NCBI GenBank assembly: GCA_964551055.1
Contig: CAZKCR010000002.1
Span: 1 to 43,120 of the forward strand
Origin: an uncultured Anaeroarcus sp.
Lineage (GTDB): Bacteria > Bacillota > Negativicutes > Anaeromusales > Anaeromusaceae
Direction: 5' to 3'
Length of the DNA: 43,120 nucleotides
Position numbers and translations under genes: made by a program. This document shows, in pieces, positions 31,324-41,671 of the stretch (the first letter of the stretch is position 1; each line of letters starts with the position of its first letter). The notes beneath the pieces were generated by a model that saw nothing but the letters and a program-made list of their open reading frames with translations, was not told where the DNA came from and searched no databases.

Positions 31324-31545
31324 ATGTCTGATCATGCTGATGCCAGCGTCTATTTGCGAGTGCAGCCTCAGGACGTTAATTTTGTCAATCGGATTTTTGA
31401 AGGCTGTGAATATCTTGGCGTTGTTACCACCTTGGAGCCTAAAGGCGGTCTCTTAGTTATTCGGGCTACGCCGGATACTCGCCTTGAGGTGCTGGACATT
31501 TTGGCGCATCTGCCGGTTCCTTGGCAGTTTGTCGAGAAAGTATAG
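31324..31545 (+). CDS. Small conserved protein, DUF4911-like
   Basis: 73 aa, GAGGAGG RBS, pattern DVNFVNRIFEGCEYLGVVTT...ATPD...EVLDIL. Family recalled from memory, not searched. Confidence 0.7.
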   Translation: MSDHADASVYLRVQPQDVNFVNRIFEGCEYLGVVTTLEPKGGLLVIRATPDTRLEVLDILAHLPVPWQFVEKV

Positions 31546-31608
31546 GCAAGAAGCAAGGTTTTGTGTTACAATGTCCTATGATACTTTGCGTGCAAAGGAG
31601 CTGACAAC

Positions 31609-32073
31609 GTGCGCATATTGGTTTTGCACGGTCCTAATTTAAATCAATTAGGACGTCGGGAGCCGACTATCTACGGAACCCTGACTTTGCAGGAAATCAA
31701 TCGCAGAATTGAAGAAAAGGCCGCTTCCCTAGGCGCTGTAGCGCAATGCCTGCAGTTCAGTCACGAAGGAGATTTGGTCGACGCCATTCATGAGGCTCAG
31801 GAAACGGCGGATTTTATCATTATCAATGCCGCTGCTTACACGCATTACAGTATAGCGGTACGAGACGCTCTCGCTAGCGTGTCGGTTCCAGCCATTGAAG
31901 TCCATCTTTCTAATATTCACCGCCGTGAAGAATTTCGACATCATTCGGTTTTGGCTGCTGTTGTGGTTGGTCAAATTTCCGGCTTCGGCGTCTATAGCTA
32001 TTTAGCGGCTGTCGAAGCGGCGCATGGACTTTGGCAGGAAGCAAACGCAGAGGAAGCTGAAGACAATGAATGA
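31609..32073 (+). CDS. aroQ: Type II 3-dehydroquinate dehydratase
   Basis: HGPNLNQLGRREPTIYG, NAAAYTHYSIA, EVHLSNIHRREEFRH. Confidence 0.97.
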   Translation: MRILVLHGPNLNQLGRREPTIYGTLTLQEINRRIEEKAASLGAVAQCLQFSHEGDLVDAIHEAQETADFIIINAAAYTHYSIAVRDALASVSVPAIEVHLSNIHRREEFRHHSVLAAVVVGQISGFGVYSYLAAVEAAHGLWQEANAEEAEDNE

Positions 32074-33160
32074 ATTGCGTTTGCAGCGACTGCGCCAGCA
32101 TCTTGTCGCAGCAGGACTGGACGCGGTTTGGGTTACCAACCCTCAAAACCGTCGTTATCTCAGCGGCTTCAGCGGCTCGGCGGGAATGCTGCTGCTTACA
32201 ACTGATACACAACAGTTATTCACTGATTTTCGTTACCAAGAACAAGCTGTGGCAGAAGCGCCGCTATATGAGCTTTGCTTGTATAAGGGCATTGCCGCGA
32301 AAGCGCTGACGGAAGTGATTGCCAGCAGCGGCATTCGCCGTCTTGGTTTTGAAAGCAAACATTGTACGGTGGCTGCTTATAAGGAACTACAGGCGCTGTT
32401 GCCTGTAGAATGTGAATTAATTGATACTGAACTAGAACCTCTTCGTTTTGTTAAAGATGAAGAGGAGCTCAAGGCTATTCGTGAAGCCGTACGTATTGCG
32501 GATGCGGCGTTTGCACATATTCTCAGCTATTTGCGTCCTGGTTTAGAGGAACGCCAGGTTGCGGCGGAACTGGAGCAGCGCATGCGCTGTCTGGGTTCGG
32601 AACGTCCGGCTTTTGATACTATTGTCGCCTCCGGCGTGCGCGGAGCGTTGCCGCATGGCGTTGCTTCCGAAAAAAAGCTGGCCCTCGGTGAATGGGTGAC
32701 TATGGATTTTGGCGCCGTCTACCGGGGTTACCATTCTGATATTACTCGCACTGTTTGTTTGGGACCGGCTACTGACCAGCAAAAAGAGGCGTATGCACTT
32801 GTCCTTGCAGCGCAAAAAGCGGGTGTGGCGGCGATTCGCCCCGGCAGGTTGGGCTGCGAAATAGACGCTGTAGCTAGAGATATTTTAACGGCAGCCGGCT
32901 ATGGAGACTATTTTGGTCATGGCTTAGGGCATTCCCTGGGACTGGCCATTCATGAAGAACCCAGGTTGTCATCTTTGAATACGCAGCAGGCGCTGCAAGA
33001 AAATATGGTTGTTACGGTGGAGCCAGGCATTTACCTGCCCGGTCAGTACGGCATCCGTATTGAAGACACCGTCCGCGTTTCTGACGCAGGAGCCGTCATT
33101 TTGACGGAGAGCGACAAGGAACTGATAGAAATCGCTTGTAAAATGGAGGATGAACCATGA
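32066..33160 (+). CDS. Xaa-Pro peptidase, M24 family (YqhT/PepQ-like)
   Basis: [56 protein letters not shown]. Start ATG 32066. Confidence 0.93.
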   Translation: MNELRLQRLRQHLVAAGLDAVWVTNPQNRRYLSGFSGSAGMLLLTTDTQQLFTDFRYQEQAVAEAPLYELCLYKGIAAKALTEVIASSGIRRLGFESKHCTVAAYKELQALLPVECELIDTELEPLRFVKDEEELKAIREAVRIADAAFAHILSYLRPGLEERQVAAELEQRMRCLGSERPAFDTIVASGVRGALPHGVASEKKLALGEWVTMDFGAVYRGYHSDITRTVCLGPATDQQKEAYALVLAAQKAGVAAIRPGRLGCEIDAVARDILTAAGYGDYFGHGLGHSLGLAIHEEPRLSSLNTQQALQENMVVTVEPGIYLPGQYGIRIEDTVRVSDAGAVILTESDKELIEIACKMEDEP

Positions 33161-33714
33161 TTTCAACGAATGATTTTCGTACTGGCACAACAGTGGAAAT
33201 TGACGGCGGCGCTTGGCAGGTCGTTGACTTTCAGCACGTAAAACCCGGAAAAGGCGCTGCCTTTGTGCGGGCCAAGCTCAAGAACCTCAAAACAGGCGCT
33301 GTCGTAGAGCGCACCTTCAACGCCGGTGAAAAAATGCCTAAAGCCCATGTGGAAAACCGTCCTATGCAATATCTGTATGAAAACGACGGTTTGTACACTT
33401 TTATGGACAATGAAACCTTTGATCAAATCGAGCTGACCCGTGAACAACTGGGCAGTGGCTTGAACTTCCTTAAGGAAAACATGAACATTGGCGTCAGCTT
33501 TTTCCAGGGAAACATCATTGGCATTGAGCTTCCCAATTCGGTGGAGCTGGTAGTAGCAGAAACCGAACCCGGCATTCGCGGCGACACGGCTACAGGCGGC
33601 ACCAAAATCGCCAAAATGGAAACAGGTTATAATGTTAAAGTTCCTCTGTTCATTGAAACCGGCGAAGTACTGCGTATTGATACGCGTACTGGCGACTATA
33701 TCGAACGCGCCTAA
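33157..33714 (+). CDS. efp: Elongation factor P
   Basis: [39 protein letters not shown]. Confidence 0.98.
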   Translation: MISTNDFRTGTTVEIDGGAWQVVDFQHVKPGKGAAFVRAKLKNLKTGAVVERTFNAGEKMPKAHVENRPMQYLYENDGLYTFMDNETFDQIELTREQLGSGLNFLKENMNIGVSFFQGNIIGIELPNSVELVVAETEPGIRGDTATGGTKIAKMETGYNVKVPLFIETGEVLRIDTRTGDYIERA

Positions 33715-33723
33715 TTAGCGCAT

Positions 33724-33771
33724 GGCCTCCCGCGGTAAAATGATCTTCGTTGCTGCGGGAGGTTTCCTTTT
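33724..33771 (+). terminator. Probable terminator after efp
   Basis: GGCCTCCCGCGGTAA...TTGCTGCGGGAGGTT stem (with G-U pairs) followed by TCCTTTT. Confidence 0.6.
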
Positions 33772-33790
33772 GTCCGCGCAGGCGGGCGGT

Positions 33791-33819
33791 TTGTAAAAAG
33801 AAGTAGGGTCTGTTATAAT
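33791..33819 (+). promoter_or_regulatory. Sigma-A promoter of the asp23-amaP-nusB operon
   Basis: TTGTAA-17 nt-TATAAT with extended TG. Confidence 0.75.
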
Positions 33820-33864
33820 TGAAGAAAATTTCCGATGCTCTTCATTAAAAGGAGGCTGCTGCAG

Positions 33865-34260
33865 ATGCAAACACGCAAAGAAAAAGGCGAACAAAATGAA
33901 GTAGGCACCATTCGCATTGCCGATGAGGTCGTAGGAATTATTGCCGGCATGGCAGCTACGGAAATCCCCGGAGTCGCCGGCATGAGCGGCGGTTTGGTCG
34001 GAGGTATTGCCGAAATGCTGGGCAAGAAGAATCTGGCTAAAGGCGTAAAGGTGGAAGTAGGCGAAAAAGAAGCCGCCGTTGATCTCTATGTCATTATGGA
34101 ATACGGCGTCAGACTGCCTGATATTGCCATCCAAGTCCAAGAAAACGTAAAGCATGCTATTGAGTCCATGACCGGCCTGGAAGTGGTAGAAGTAAATGTT
34201 CATGTACAAGGCGTTGGCTTTAACGCCGAAGGACGGGACGAAGACAGTCGAGTGCGATGA
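33865..34260 (+). CDS. Asp23/Gls24 family envelope stress protein (YqhY-like)
   Basis: GTIRIADEVV.IIAG.AA, KGVKVEV, VQENVK.AIESMTGL, VNVHVQG; ATG 33865 after AGGAGG. Confidence 0.93.
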   Translation: MQTRKEKGEQNEVGTIRIADEVVGIIAGMAATEIPGVAGMSGGLVGGIAEMLGKKNLAKGVKVEVGEKEAAVDLYVIMEYGVRLPDIAIQVQENVKHAIESMTGLEVVEVNVHVQGVGFNAEGRDEDSRVR

Positions 34261-34275
34261 GGGGGAGGAACGGCT

Positions 34276-34815
34276 ATGGGAATTCTTGATCGCATTTTGC
34301 TCTTGCTCTGTATAGTGACCTTCGCTTTGCTGATGTTGTCTACTTTTTTAGCGGCTTTCACTATTGTGCCGCTGGAATGGCTAGATGACGCTTTGGCGCT
34401 TCTCTACGGACACTGGGAAGCCGCCGCTGTGGCCGCGGTGTTTTTCTTGGCTTCGGTTCGACTTCTTTTTACAGGCATGACCGGAGGCGAGCCGCGAGAT
34501 ACTATGCTTTGCCAAACCGAGAACGGTCAGGTGCGTGTCGCTATTTCCGCAGTGCGCAGTTTGGTGGAGCGTACAGCCCGCCAGATAAAAGGCGTCAAGC
34601 AAACAAAAATTCGCCTGGAAAACACCCGCCAAGGCATGAGTATTTATCTGCGCATTGTTGTGCTGCCGGATTTGATTGTTCCCGAACTGACCGCCGAGTT
34701 GCAGCAGCGTGTACGGACAACCTTGCAGGAAACTTTGCTGGCAGAAGTTCATGATATCCAGGTACTTGTCGAAGAAATTGCTGCAGAAGGCAAAGTGCGG
34801 ACGCGCGTGGAATAA
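34276..34815 (+). CDS. amaP: Alkaline shock response membrane anchor AmaP-like protein
   Basis: Two N-terminal TM segments, G.V.VAISAV, ELQQRV, C-terminal RVE; directly follows asp23. Confidence 0.78.
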   Translation: MGILDRILLLLCIVTFALLMLSTFLAAFTIVPLEWLDDALALLYGHWEAAAVAAVFFLASVRLLFTGMTGGEPRDTMLCQTENGQVRVAISAVRSLVERTARQIKGVKQTKIRLENTRQGMSIYLRIVVLPDLIVPELTAELQQRVRTTLQETLLAEVHDIQVLVEEIAAEGKVRTRVE

Positions 34816-34834
34816 GGTTGGAGGAGAAGGAAAC

Positions 34835-35074
34835 ATGAACATGGAATTTGATCGGGAATGGCTGCTGGCATTCTGGCAACGCCATAGCGGTAAAATTATT
34901 TGCTGCACTATCGGTCTTTTTTTCGGCGTGCTGGTTTTGGCTTTGGGCTTTTTCCGGACGTTGTTTCTTTTCCTGTGCATAGGCATTGGTTTTTTTATAG
35001 GCAAACGCCTGGATGACAAAGAAGATCTGCTCGAATTGCTGGATCGCATTTTGCCGCCAGGTTATCGAAGATAG
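34835..35074 (+). CDS. DUF2273 family small membrane protein
   Basis: GKII...GLFFGVLVLALGFFRTLFL...IGFFIGKRLD, LDRILP; asp23-amaP-DUF2273 synteny. Confidence 0.8.
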   Translation: MNMEFDREWLLAFWQRHSGKIICCTIGLFFGVLVLALGFFRTLFLFLCIGIGFFIGKRLDDKEDLLELLDRILPPGYRR

Positions 35075-35097
35075 GAAACATCCCAAAGGAGTAATAT

Positions 35098-35511
35098 ATG
35101 AGTCGACGTTTAGCGCGAGAATTGGCTATGCAAGCCTTATATCAACTGGATTTTCAAACAGAATTAGAGCCGTTGGCGGCGCTGGAAGCAGCGGCGTTTG
35201 AGCAAGAAGTTACCCCAGATGCTGTCGATTATGCCAAACGTTTAGTAGAAGGCATTTGCGCCCATCGCGAGCAGATTGACCAGCATTTGAGCAGCACGGC
35301 TTCCCAATGGAAGCTTGACCGCATGGCGGCAGTGGATCGCAATATATCCCGCATTGCCGTATATGAGCTTTTGTTGGGCGAAGAGGAAATGACGCCTGGC
35401 ATTGTCATTAACGAGGCCGTGGAGATTGCCAAAAAATACGGAGATAAGGATTCTGCACGCTTTATTAATGGTGTGCTCGGCTCTCTGGCCAAAACTAAAG
35501 AATCATCATGA
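35098..35511 (+). CDS. nusB: Transcription antitermination factor NusB
   Basis: SRRLARELAMQALYQ, WKLDRM, INEAVEIAKKYG, FINGVLG. Confidence 0.97.
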   Translation: MSRRLARELAMQALYQLDFQTELEPLAALEAAAFEQEVTPDAVDYAKRLVEGICAHREQIDQHLSSTASQWKLDRMAAVDRNISRIAVYELLLGEEEMTPGIVINEAVEIAKKYGDKDSARFINGVLGSLAKTKESS

Positions 35512-36482
35512 AAGCCGTTCTGGGCATAGATACCAGCTGCTATACGACTTCGGCCGTTTTGCTGGGGTTGAATGGCAGTTTACTTGCAGCAGCCAGGCGC
35601 TTGCTGCAAGTGCCGAAGGGCAAGCGAGGTTTGGCGCAATCGGAAATGGTATTTCAACATGTCCGAGCCTTGCCAGAGCAGTTGGCTTCTGTTTGGGGCC
35701 GCTTTCCAGAAGCAGACTGCTGCGCCGTAGGCGCAACACTGTATCCTCGCGATCTAGAAGGCTCCTATATGCCGGCTTTTTTGTGCGGTTACGGCAGCGC
35801 CAAGGCGGTAGCTCTCAGCCGCCAAATTCCTCTTTTTTCGCTTAGTCATCAGGCGAATCATCTTTGGGCTGGTATTTGGTCTGCAAAGATGCCGCAAGAG
35901 GTGCAGGAATTTTTGGCAATTCACGTATCTGGCGGTACAACGGACCTGTTGCACGTAAAACGCTGCAGCGCTCAACTACAGATCGAACAACTGGGCGGCA
36001 GCGCGGATTTGCATGCGGGACAATTGCTGGATCGTCTTGGCGTAGCTTTGGGCCTGCCGTTTCCGGCAGGCCCTCATTTGGAGAAAATGGCAGCAGGATT
36101 CCATGAAGATGCGCCGGACGTTCCCGTGGCAGTTCAGGGACTGCAGCTCAGTCTGTCCGGACCGGAAACGCATTTAAAAAAACTGCTGCAAAAAGAGATT
36201 CCCCCTCCTTTGCTTGCCGCTGCTGCGGAAAATTTATTGGGCGAGACCCTTTTTCGGTTACTTCGTCGGGCCGTGCGGCAAACCGGGGTGCGTGATATTT
36301 TGGGCGTAGGCGGTGTTTTGGCCAATACGCATATTCGTGAACATAGCTTGGGACGATTGCAAAGAAAGCTAGGTTGTCACATCTATCTGCCGGAACCGTG
36401 CTGGAGCGGCGACCATGCTCTTGGAGCTGCTTACCATGCCGTTTTAGCACTGCAAGAACAGAGAATTGCTAAGCACAAGTAG
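35508..36482 (+). CDS. TsaD/Kae1-like protein (divergent paralog, function unknown)
   Basis: LGIDTSCYTT, SHQANH, VSGGTT, AGQLLDRLGVALGLPFPAGPHLE, GGVLAN; ATGA overlap with nusB. Confidence 0.8.
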   Translation: MKAVLGIDTSCYTTSAVLLGLNGSLLAAARRLLQVPKGKRGLAQSEMVFQHVRALPEQLASVWGRFPEADCCAVGATLYPRDLEGSYMPAFLCGYGSAKAVALSRQIPLFSLSHQANHLWAGIWSAKMPQEVQEFLAIHVSGGTTDLLHVKRCSAQLQIEQLGGSADLHAGQLLDRLGVALGLPFPAGPHLEKMAAGFHEDAPDVPVAVQGLQLSLSGPETHLKKLLQKEIPPPLLAAAAENLLGETLFRLLRRAVRQTGVRDILGVGGVLANTHIREHSLGRLQRKLGCHIYLPEPCWSGDHALGAAYHAVLALQEQRIAKHK

Positions 36483-36528
36483 TGAGCGGCATTGGCTTTA
36501 AACCCGGCTCAAGGCAAAGGAGATCACT

Positions 36529-37737
36529 ATGGGAATTTTGACAGTCAGCGATGTGACTGCCTATATCAAGCGTTGGATGGAGAAAGACGGCCTCCTCTCT
36601 TCCGTATATGTGAGGGGAGAGGTTTCCAATTTTAAACGTCATTCCTCCGGCCACTGCTATTTCACCTTAAAAGATGCGGGCGCCGTATTGCGTGCGGTTC
36701 TTTTTCGCAGCCGCGCGCAGTATCTGAAATTTGAACCGCAAAACGGCATGCAAGTTATCGTCAGTGGTCGCTTAAGTGTTTTTGAAAGAGACGGGCAATA
36801 CCAGTTGTATGGCGATCGAATGACGCCGGACGGTATTGGTGAACTCAGTCTTGCTTATGCGCAGTTGAAAGACAAGCTGGAACGAGAAGGGCTTTTCCAA
36901 CAAGAAAGAAAGCGATCTTTGCCGCTTCTGCCGCGAGCTGTAGGTATTATCACCTCTCCGACGGGAGCCGCTGTACGGGATATTCGCACAGTAGCCAAAC
37001 GTCGTTTTGCGGGCATTCCTCTTGTTTTAGCGCCTGTTTCCGTACAAGGTCCGGCTGCTGCTGGAGAAATTACGGCAGCCATTCGCCTATTGGCGTCTCA
37101 TCCGCTAATCGACGTGCTTATCGTTGGTCGAGGCGGCGGCTCGATTGAAGAGCTTTGGGCTTTTAACGAAGAAACCGTCGTACGGGCTATCGCTGATTCG
37201 GCCTTGCCTGTTATTTCCGCAGTTGGTCATGAGACCGATTTCACTTTGGCTGATTTTGCAGCCGATGTACGAGCGGCAACGCCTTCCCAGGCGGCGGAAA
37301 TCGCCGTTCCGGATCGTCTGGAACTGGAGCGACGCCTGCAGCAGGGACAAGTTCGCCTGCATCAGGCGATAAATAACGATTTATTACGGCGACGCCAGCG
37401 TTTGTCACAGCTTATAAAATCGCCTGTTTTTACCAAACCGGAACGCTTACTGGCGCCCCAGCGCCAAGCTTTGGATAATTTGCAGGAACGGCTGATCCGC
37501 GCGGCTGCCAGGCAAACTGACGAAAAGAAGCGTCAATGGTTGCTTGTTTCTCAAAAACTGGCGCTTTTAAATCCTTTGGGCATGCTGCAAAGAGGCTATG
37601 CTTTTTTAAGCCAAGAAGATACGGGGGAGCCTATCCGCTCTGTGGAGCAGGTGACTGTTGACTCGTATTTGGAGGCTCGCGTGCAGGATGGCGCTTTGCG
37701 TCTGCATGTCATGGAAATTAAAAGAGGTGACATTTGA
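36529..37737 (+). CDS. xseA: Exodeoxyribonuclease VII large subunit
   Basis: GEVSNFK, SGHCYFTLKD, TSPTGAAVRD, GRGGGSIEELWAFN, SAVGHETDFT, ATPSQAAE, LQRGY. Confidence 0.97.
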   Translation: MGILTVSDVTAYIKRWMEKDGLLSSVYVRGEVSNFKRHSSGHCYFTLKDAGAVLRAVLFRSRAQYLKFEPQNGMQVIVSGRLSVFERDGQYQLYGDRMTPDGIGELSLAYAQLKDKLEREGLFQQERKRSLPLLPRAVGIITSPTGAAVRDIRTVAKRRFAGIPLVLAPVSVQGPAAAGEITAAIRLLASHPLIDVLIVGRGGGSIEELWAFNEETVVRAIADSALPVISAVGHETDFTLADFAADVRAATPSQAAEIAVPDRLELERRLQQGQVRLHQAINNDLLRRRQRLSQLIKSPVFTKPERLLAPQRQALDNLQERLIRAAARQTDEKKRQWLLVSQKLALLNPLGMLQRGYAFLSQEDTGEPIRSVEQVTVDSYLEARVQDGALRLHVMEIKRGDI

Positions 37738-38003
37738 TGGCCAGAGCTAAAAAAGAAGTTCAAGAACCTTTGAAATTTGAAGCCGCCATGGGAAAATTGG
37801 AAGAACTGGTGGAAAAGCTCGAACGAGGCGAATTGCCGCTGGAGGAAGCGCTGCAAAGCTACCGGGAAGGCATGGATTTGGCAGCGGTTTGCCATAAGCA
37901 TCTGCAGCAAGCAGAAGCAGTATTGAGTGATTCCATAGTTACCCAGGAAGACGGCGTTATTAAAGCAAGCCCCTGGACGACGGCACAGGAGGATATTGAG
38001 TAA
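37737..38003 (+). CDS. xseB: Exodeoxyribonuclease VII small subunit
   Basis: FEAAMGKLEELVEKLERGELPLEEAL..YREG. Confidence 0.94.
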   Translation: MARAKKEVQEPLKFEAAMGKLEELVEKLERGELPLEEALQSYREGMDLAAVCHKHLQQAEAVLSDSIVTQEDGVIKASPWTTAQEDIE

Positions 38004-38887
38004 TGTGGAAAACCTATTGTAATGAACGCATCACTTGGATTGAAGAAGCATTGGCCCAGTGGATTCCTGAACAAAACGGTCTGCTGAATTCTCTTTTTGA
38101 ATCCATGCGCTACAGCCTTTTTGCCGGCGGCAAACGTTTGCGTCCGGTATTGCTGATGGCGGCGGCGGATGCGGTAGGCGGCGAAGGCCGACGATATTTA
38201 CGCGTAGCCTGCGCTTTAGAAATGATTCATACATATTCATTGATTCACGACGATTTGCCGGCGATGGACAATGACGATTATCGCCGCGGCAAGCTCACCA
38301 ATCACAAGGTGTTTGGTGAAGGCATGGCGATTTTAGCGGGCGACGGCCTTTTGACGGCAGCCTTTGAGCAAATGTTGCTCCAAGAAGGGGTGGATGCCGC
38401 TTGTCTAACTCAGGTAGTGCGGGAAATTGCCGCTGCCGCCGGGCCTGCCGGCATGGTCGGCGGGCAGGCGATCGATCTGGCGGCTACTGGGCAAGCGCAG
38501 CCGTTGAATCAAGAAGAACTGCGCTTTATGCATCGCGCGAAAACAGGCGCGTTGTTTCGGGCGGCGCTGCGAGGAGGAGGCTTGTTGGCCGGCGCCTCGC
38601 AAGAGCAATTAGCGGCTTTAACTACGTATGCCGAGGAGTTTGGCTTGGCCTTTCAAATTACTGATGATATTTTGGATGTCACCGGAGATGAAGCCACTAT
38701 CGGTAAGCCTGTAGGCAGCGACGAACGCAACGAAAAAGAAACCTATGTGTCATTATACTCCTTGGACGGCGCCCGCCGTATGGCGGAGGAAAGCGTCCAG
38801 CGCGCTTTAGCGGCGCTGGAAATCTTCAGTACGGAAGCTGATGTACTGCGAAGCCTGGCTACGTATCTTGTTTCAAGGGAAAAATAG
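38003..38887 (+). CDS. ispA: Polyprenyl (farnesyl) diphosphate synthase IspA
   Basis: GGKRLRP, HTYSLIHDDLPAMDNDDYRRG, GMVGGQ, FQITDDILD. Confidence 0.95.
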   Translation: MWKTYCNERITWIEEALAQWIPEQNGLLNSLFESMRYSLFAGGKRLRPVLLMAAADAVGGEGRRYLRVACALEMIHTYSLIHDDLPAMDNDDYRRGKLTNHKVFGEGMAILAGDGLLTAAFEQMLLQEGVDAACLTQVVREIAAAAGPAGMVGGQAIDLAATGQAQPLNQEELRFMHRAKTGALFRAALRGGGLLAGASQEQLAALTTYAEEFGLAFQITDDILDVTGDEATIGKPVGSDERNEKETYVSLYSLDGARRMAEESVQRALAALEIFSTEADVLRSLATYLVSREK

Positions 38888-38945
38888 TCTGCAGACTTGT
38901 TACGAGTAAATTTTTACACTTGCTGTAGAAAGAAGGGACTTTCTT

Positions 38946-40853
38946 TTGCATTATCCGTTTCTTGATTCCATTCGTTCTCCCCGGGATATGAAAGGGTTTT
39001 CCTTGCGGCAATTGGAAAAATTGGCCGTAGAAATACGCCAGCTTTTGGTGGAAACCGTTTCTCATACAGGCGGCCACTTGGCGCCGAACCTGGGCGTTGT
39101 AGAATTGACATTGGCTTTGCATAAAGTATTCGATACCCCTTACGATAAAATCGTCTGGGATGTAGGCCACCAAGCGTATGTGCATAAACTTTTAACAGGG
39201 CGGCGTGAACAGTTTCAAACTTTGCGCCAAAAAGGCGGACTCAGCGGTTTTCCTAAGCCTTGTGAAAGTCCCCATGACGTGTTTGGAACCGGTCATTCCA
39301 GCACGTCTATTTCGGCTGCCTTGGGAATGGCTTTGGCACGGGATATGAACAAGGAAACCCACCAAGTCGTAGCCGTTATCGGTGACGGTTCTATGACCGG
39401 AGGGGAGTCCTTCGAAGCGTTGAACCATGCAGGACATCTCAAAACCAATATGATCGTTGTTTTGAATGACAATGAAATGTCCATTGCCAAAAACGTAGGC
39501 GCGTTGTCTTCCTATTTGGCAAAAATGAGGGTAGCGCCTACTTATACGCGTGTCAAGCAAGATGTCGAATTTTTGCTCAAACGCATTCCTGCCATCGGGG
39601 AAAGCATGCTGAAGACTGCGGAACGCTTTAAGGACAGCGTGCGTTACATGCTGGTTCCTGGCATGCTCTTTGAAGAGCTTGGCTTTACGTATTTAGGCCC
39701 TATAGACGGACATGACCTGCCTCTTTTATTGGAAATGTTGGAAAAAGCCCGCGATTTAGGAGGACCTGTCCTCATCCATGCATTGACGCAAAAAGGCAAA
39801 GGCTATGCACCGGCTGAAAATCATGCAGACCGCTTTCACGGGGTCGGGCCTTTTTGCATTGATTCCGGAGAAGTGATTCATTGCGCCGGAGCGCCTTCTT
39901 ATACCGAAGTGTTTGGCAATACCCTGGTTGAACTGGCGCAAAAAGATAAGGCCATTGTCGCCATTACAGCAGCCATGCCCGGAGGAACGGGCTTGAAGAG
40001 CTTCTCTCAAAAATATCCGGAACGGTTCTTTGATGTAGGCATTGCTGAACAACACGCGCTGACCTTGGCGGCCGGTATGGCTACGCAAGGTAAAAAGCCG
40101 ATTGTGGCGCTGTATTCTACATTTGCGCAGCGTGCCTATGACCAAATTCTCCATGATGTCTGTTTGCAAAAATTGCCGGTGGTTCTAGCCTTAGACCGCG
40201 CCGGCTTAGTAGGGGAAGATGGACCGACTCACCATGGCGTCTTTGACTATTCCTTTTTGCGGCATATTCCTGATATTTGCATCATGGCGCCTAAAGACGA
40301 AGGGGAATTGCGACAGATGCTTTATGCCGCTTTTCAATGGAATCGCACCGTTGCGCTACGCTATCCGCGCGGTTGCGGCGTTGGCGCATCCCTAACGGAG
40401 CCGTTAGAATTGCTGTCTTGCGGAAAAGCGGAAGAATTGGCTTTTGGCGAAGATGTCACCATTTGGGCTGCCGGCACCATGGTGGCTCCTGCTGTAGAAG
40501 CGGCGCAAAAGCTAATTGCCGAAGGAATTCAAGCCAGCGTAGTCAACGCTCGTTTTATAAAACCATTGGATGAAAAACTGTTAGTTCGCTTAGCCCAAGA
40601 ATGCGGTTGCATCGTTACCATAGAAGAAAATGCGTTGGCTGGCGGTTTCGGCAGTGCGGTTTTGGAATTTTTAGAACAGCAGGAGCTGTATGATATTCCA
40701 GTGCTGCGCTTGGGGATTCCTGACTCCTTTATAGCCCATGGCAAACGTCAGGCGCTTTTGCAGGAACTGGGCCTCGATGCCGCGGGTATTGCCGCAAAAG
40801 TACGCAAGTTTGTTAAACATGGCAAAGAATTAACGGAAGAAGGCCTTGCATGA
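38946..40853 (+). CDS. dxs: 1-deoxy-D-xylulose-5-phosphate synthase
   Basis: [33 protein letters not shown]...[27 protein letters not shown]; TTG start. Confidence 0.97.
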   Translation: MHYPFLDSIRSPRDMKGFSLRQLEKLAVEIRQLLVETVSHTGGHLAPNLGVVELTLALHKVFDTPYDKIVWDVGHQAYVHKLLTGRREQFQTLRQKGGLSGFPKPCESPHDVFGTGHSSTSISAALGMALARDMNKETHQVVAVIGDGSMTGGESFEALNHAGHLKTNMIVVLNDNEMSIAKNVGALSSYLAKMRVAPTYTRVKQDVEFLLKRIPAIGESMLKTAERFKDSVRYMLVPGMLFEELGFTYLGPIDGHDLPLLLEMLEKARDLGGPVLIHALTQKGKGYAPAENHADRFHGVGPFCIDSGEVIHCAGAPSYTEVFGNTLVELAQKDKAIVAITAAMPGGTGLKSFSQKYPERFFDVGIAEQHALTLAAGMATQGKKPIVALYSTFAQRAYDQILHDVCLQKLPVVLALDRAGLVGEDGPTHHGVFDYSFLRHIPDICIMAPKDEGELRQMLYAAFQWNRTVALRYPRGCGVGASLTEPLELLSCGKAEELAFGEDVTIWAAGTMVAPAVEAAQKLIAEGIQASVVNARFIKPLDEKLLVRLAQECGCIVTIEENALAGGFGSAVLEFLEQQELYDIPVLRLGIPDSFIAHGKRQALLQELGLDAAGIAAKVRKFVKHGKELTEEGLA

Positions 40854-41659
40854 AGAAAGAACGTCTGGACGTTCTGCTGGTTGCGCAGGGGCATTTCCCC
40901 AGCAGAGAACGCGCTCGCGCCGCAATTATGGCTGGCATGGTGCTGGCAAATGAACAAAAAATAGAGAAACCGGGAACGACCGTGCCGGAAGACGCTACGA
41001 TTCGCATTCTTGGTGACTCTATCGGCTATGTCAGCCGTGGCGGGTTGAAATTAGAAAAAGCGTTGCAGTATTTCTCGCTGGATCTTACTGGTAAAGTTAT
41101 GGCCGATGTAGGAGCGTCTACGGGCGGCTTTACTGATTGCGCTTTAAAAAACGGCGCCGTCAAAGTGTACGCCATTGATGTCGGTTATGGACAACTGGCC
41201 TGGTCGTTGCGCACCGATGAACGCGTCATAAATATGGAACGCACTAATGTCCGAAATTTGACAGCGGATTCTCTGGGAGAAAAAGTTGATTTTATTTCCA
41301 TTGATGTCGCTTTTATTTCTTTGGATAAAGTGCTGCCTATAGTACGGCAGCTTTTAGCGTCGCCTCATGGAGAAGTAATCGCTTTAATTAAGCCGCAGTT
41401 TGAAGCCGGTCGTGAGCATGTTGGTAAAAAAGGCGTCGTTCGTGATCCGGCTATTCATAAACAGGTAATTCAAAAGGTATTGCAAATAGCGCTGCAACTT
41501 GAGTTTACGCCGCTAGGGCTGACTTTTTCCCCTATTAAAGGACCGGAGGGAAACATCGAATATTTGCTGCACTTGGGGATTTCCAGCGCTTTGATGGCAG
41601 AAGTGGATGTAGACGCCATTGTGCAGGAAGCCCATACACATCTAAAAGAAACTCGCTAA
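40850..41659 (+). CDS. tlyA: TlyA family rRNA 2'-O-methyltransferase
   Basis: S4 domain [48 protein letters not shown]. Confidence 0.95.
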   Translation: MKKERLDVLLVAQGHFPSRERARAAIMAGMVLANEQKIEKPGTTVPEDATIRILGDSIGYVSRGGLKLEKALQYFSLDLTGKVMADVGASTGGFTDCALKNGAVKVYAIDVGYGQLAWSLRTDERVINMERTNVRNLTADSLGEKVDFISIDVAFISLDKVLPIVRQLLASPHGEVIALIKPQFEAGREHVGKKGVVRDPAIHKQVIQKVLQIALQLEFTPLGLTFSPIKGPEGNIEYLLHLGISSALMAEVDVDAIVQEAHTHLKETR

Positions 41660-41671
41660 GGAGGCTGCTGC

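Noticed and set aside
34381-35049. 222-aa minus-strand ORF and the many other antisense or nested ORFs in the track (for example 3313-3876, 4880-5383, 33715-34209)
   Set aside because: They shadow well-supported + strand genes and show no recognisable motifs.
35508-36482. Calling this gene canonical tsaD
   Set aside because: Several signature residues differ and the tsaB/tsaE context is missing; left without a symbol.
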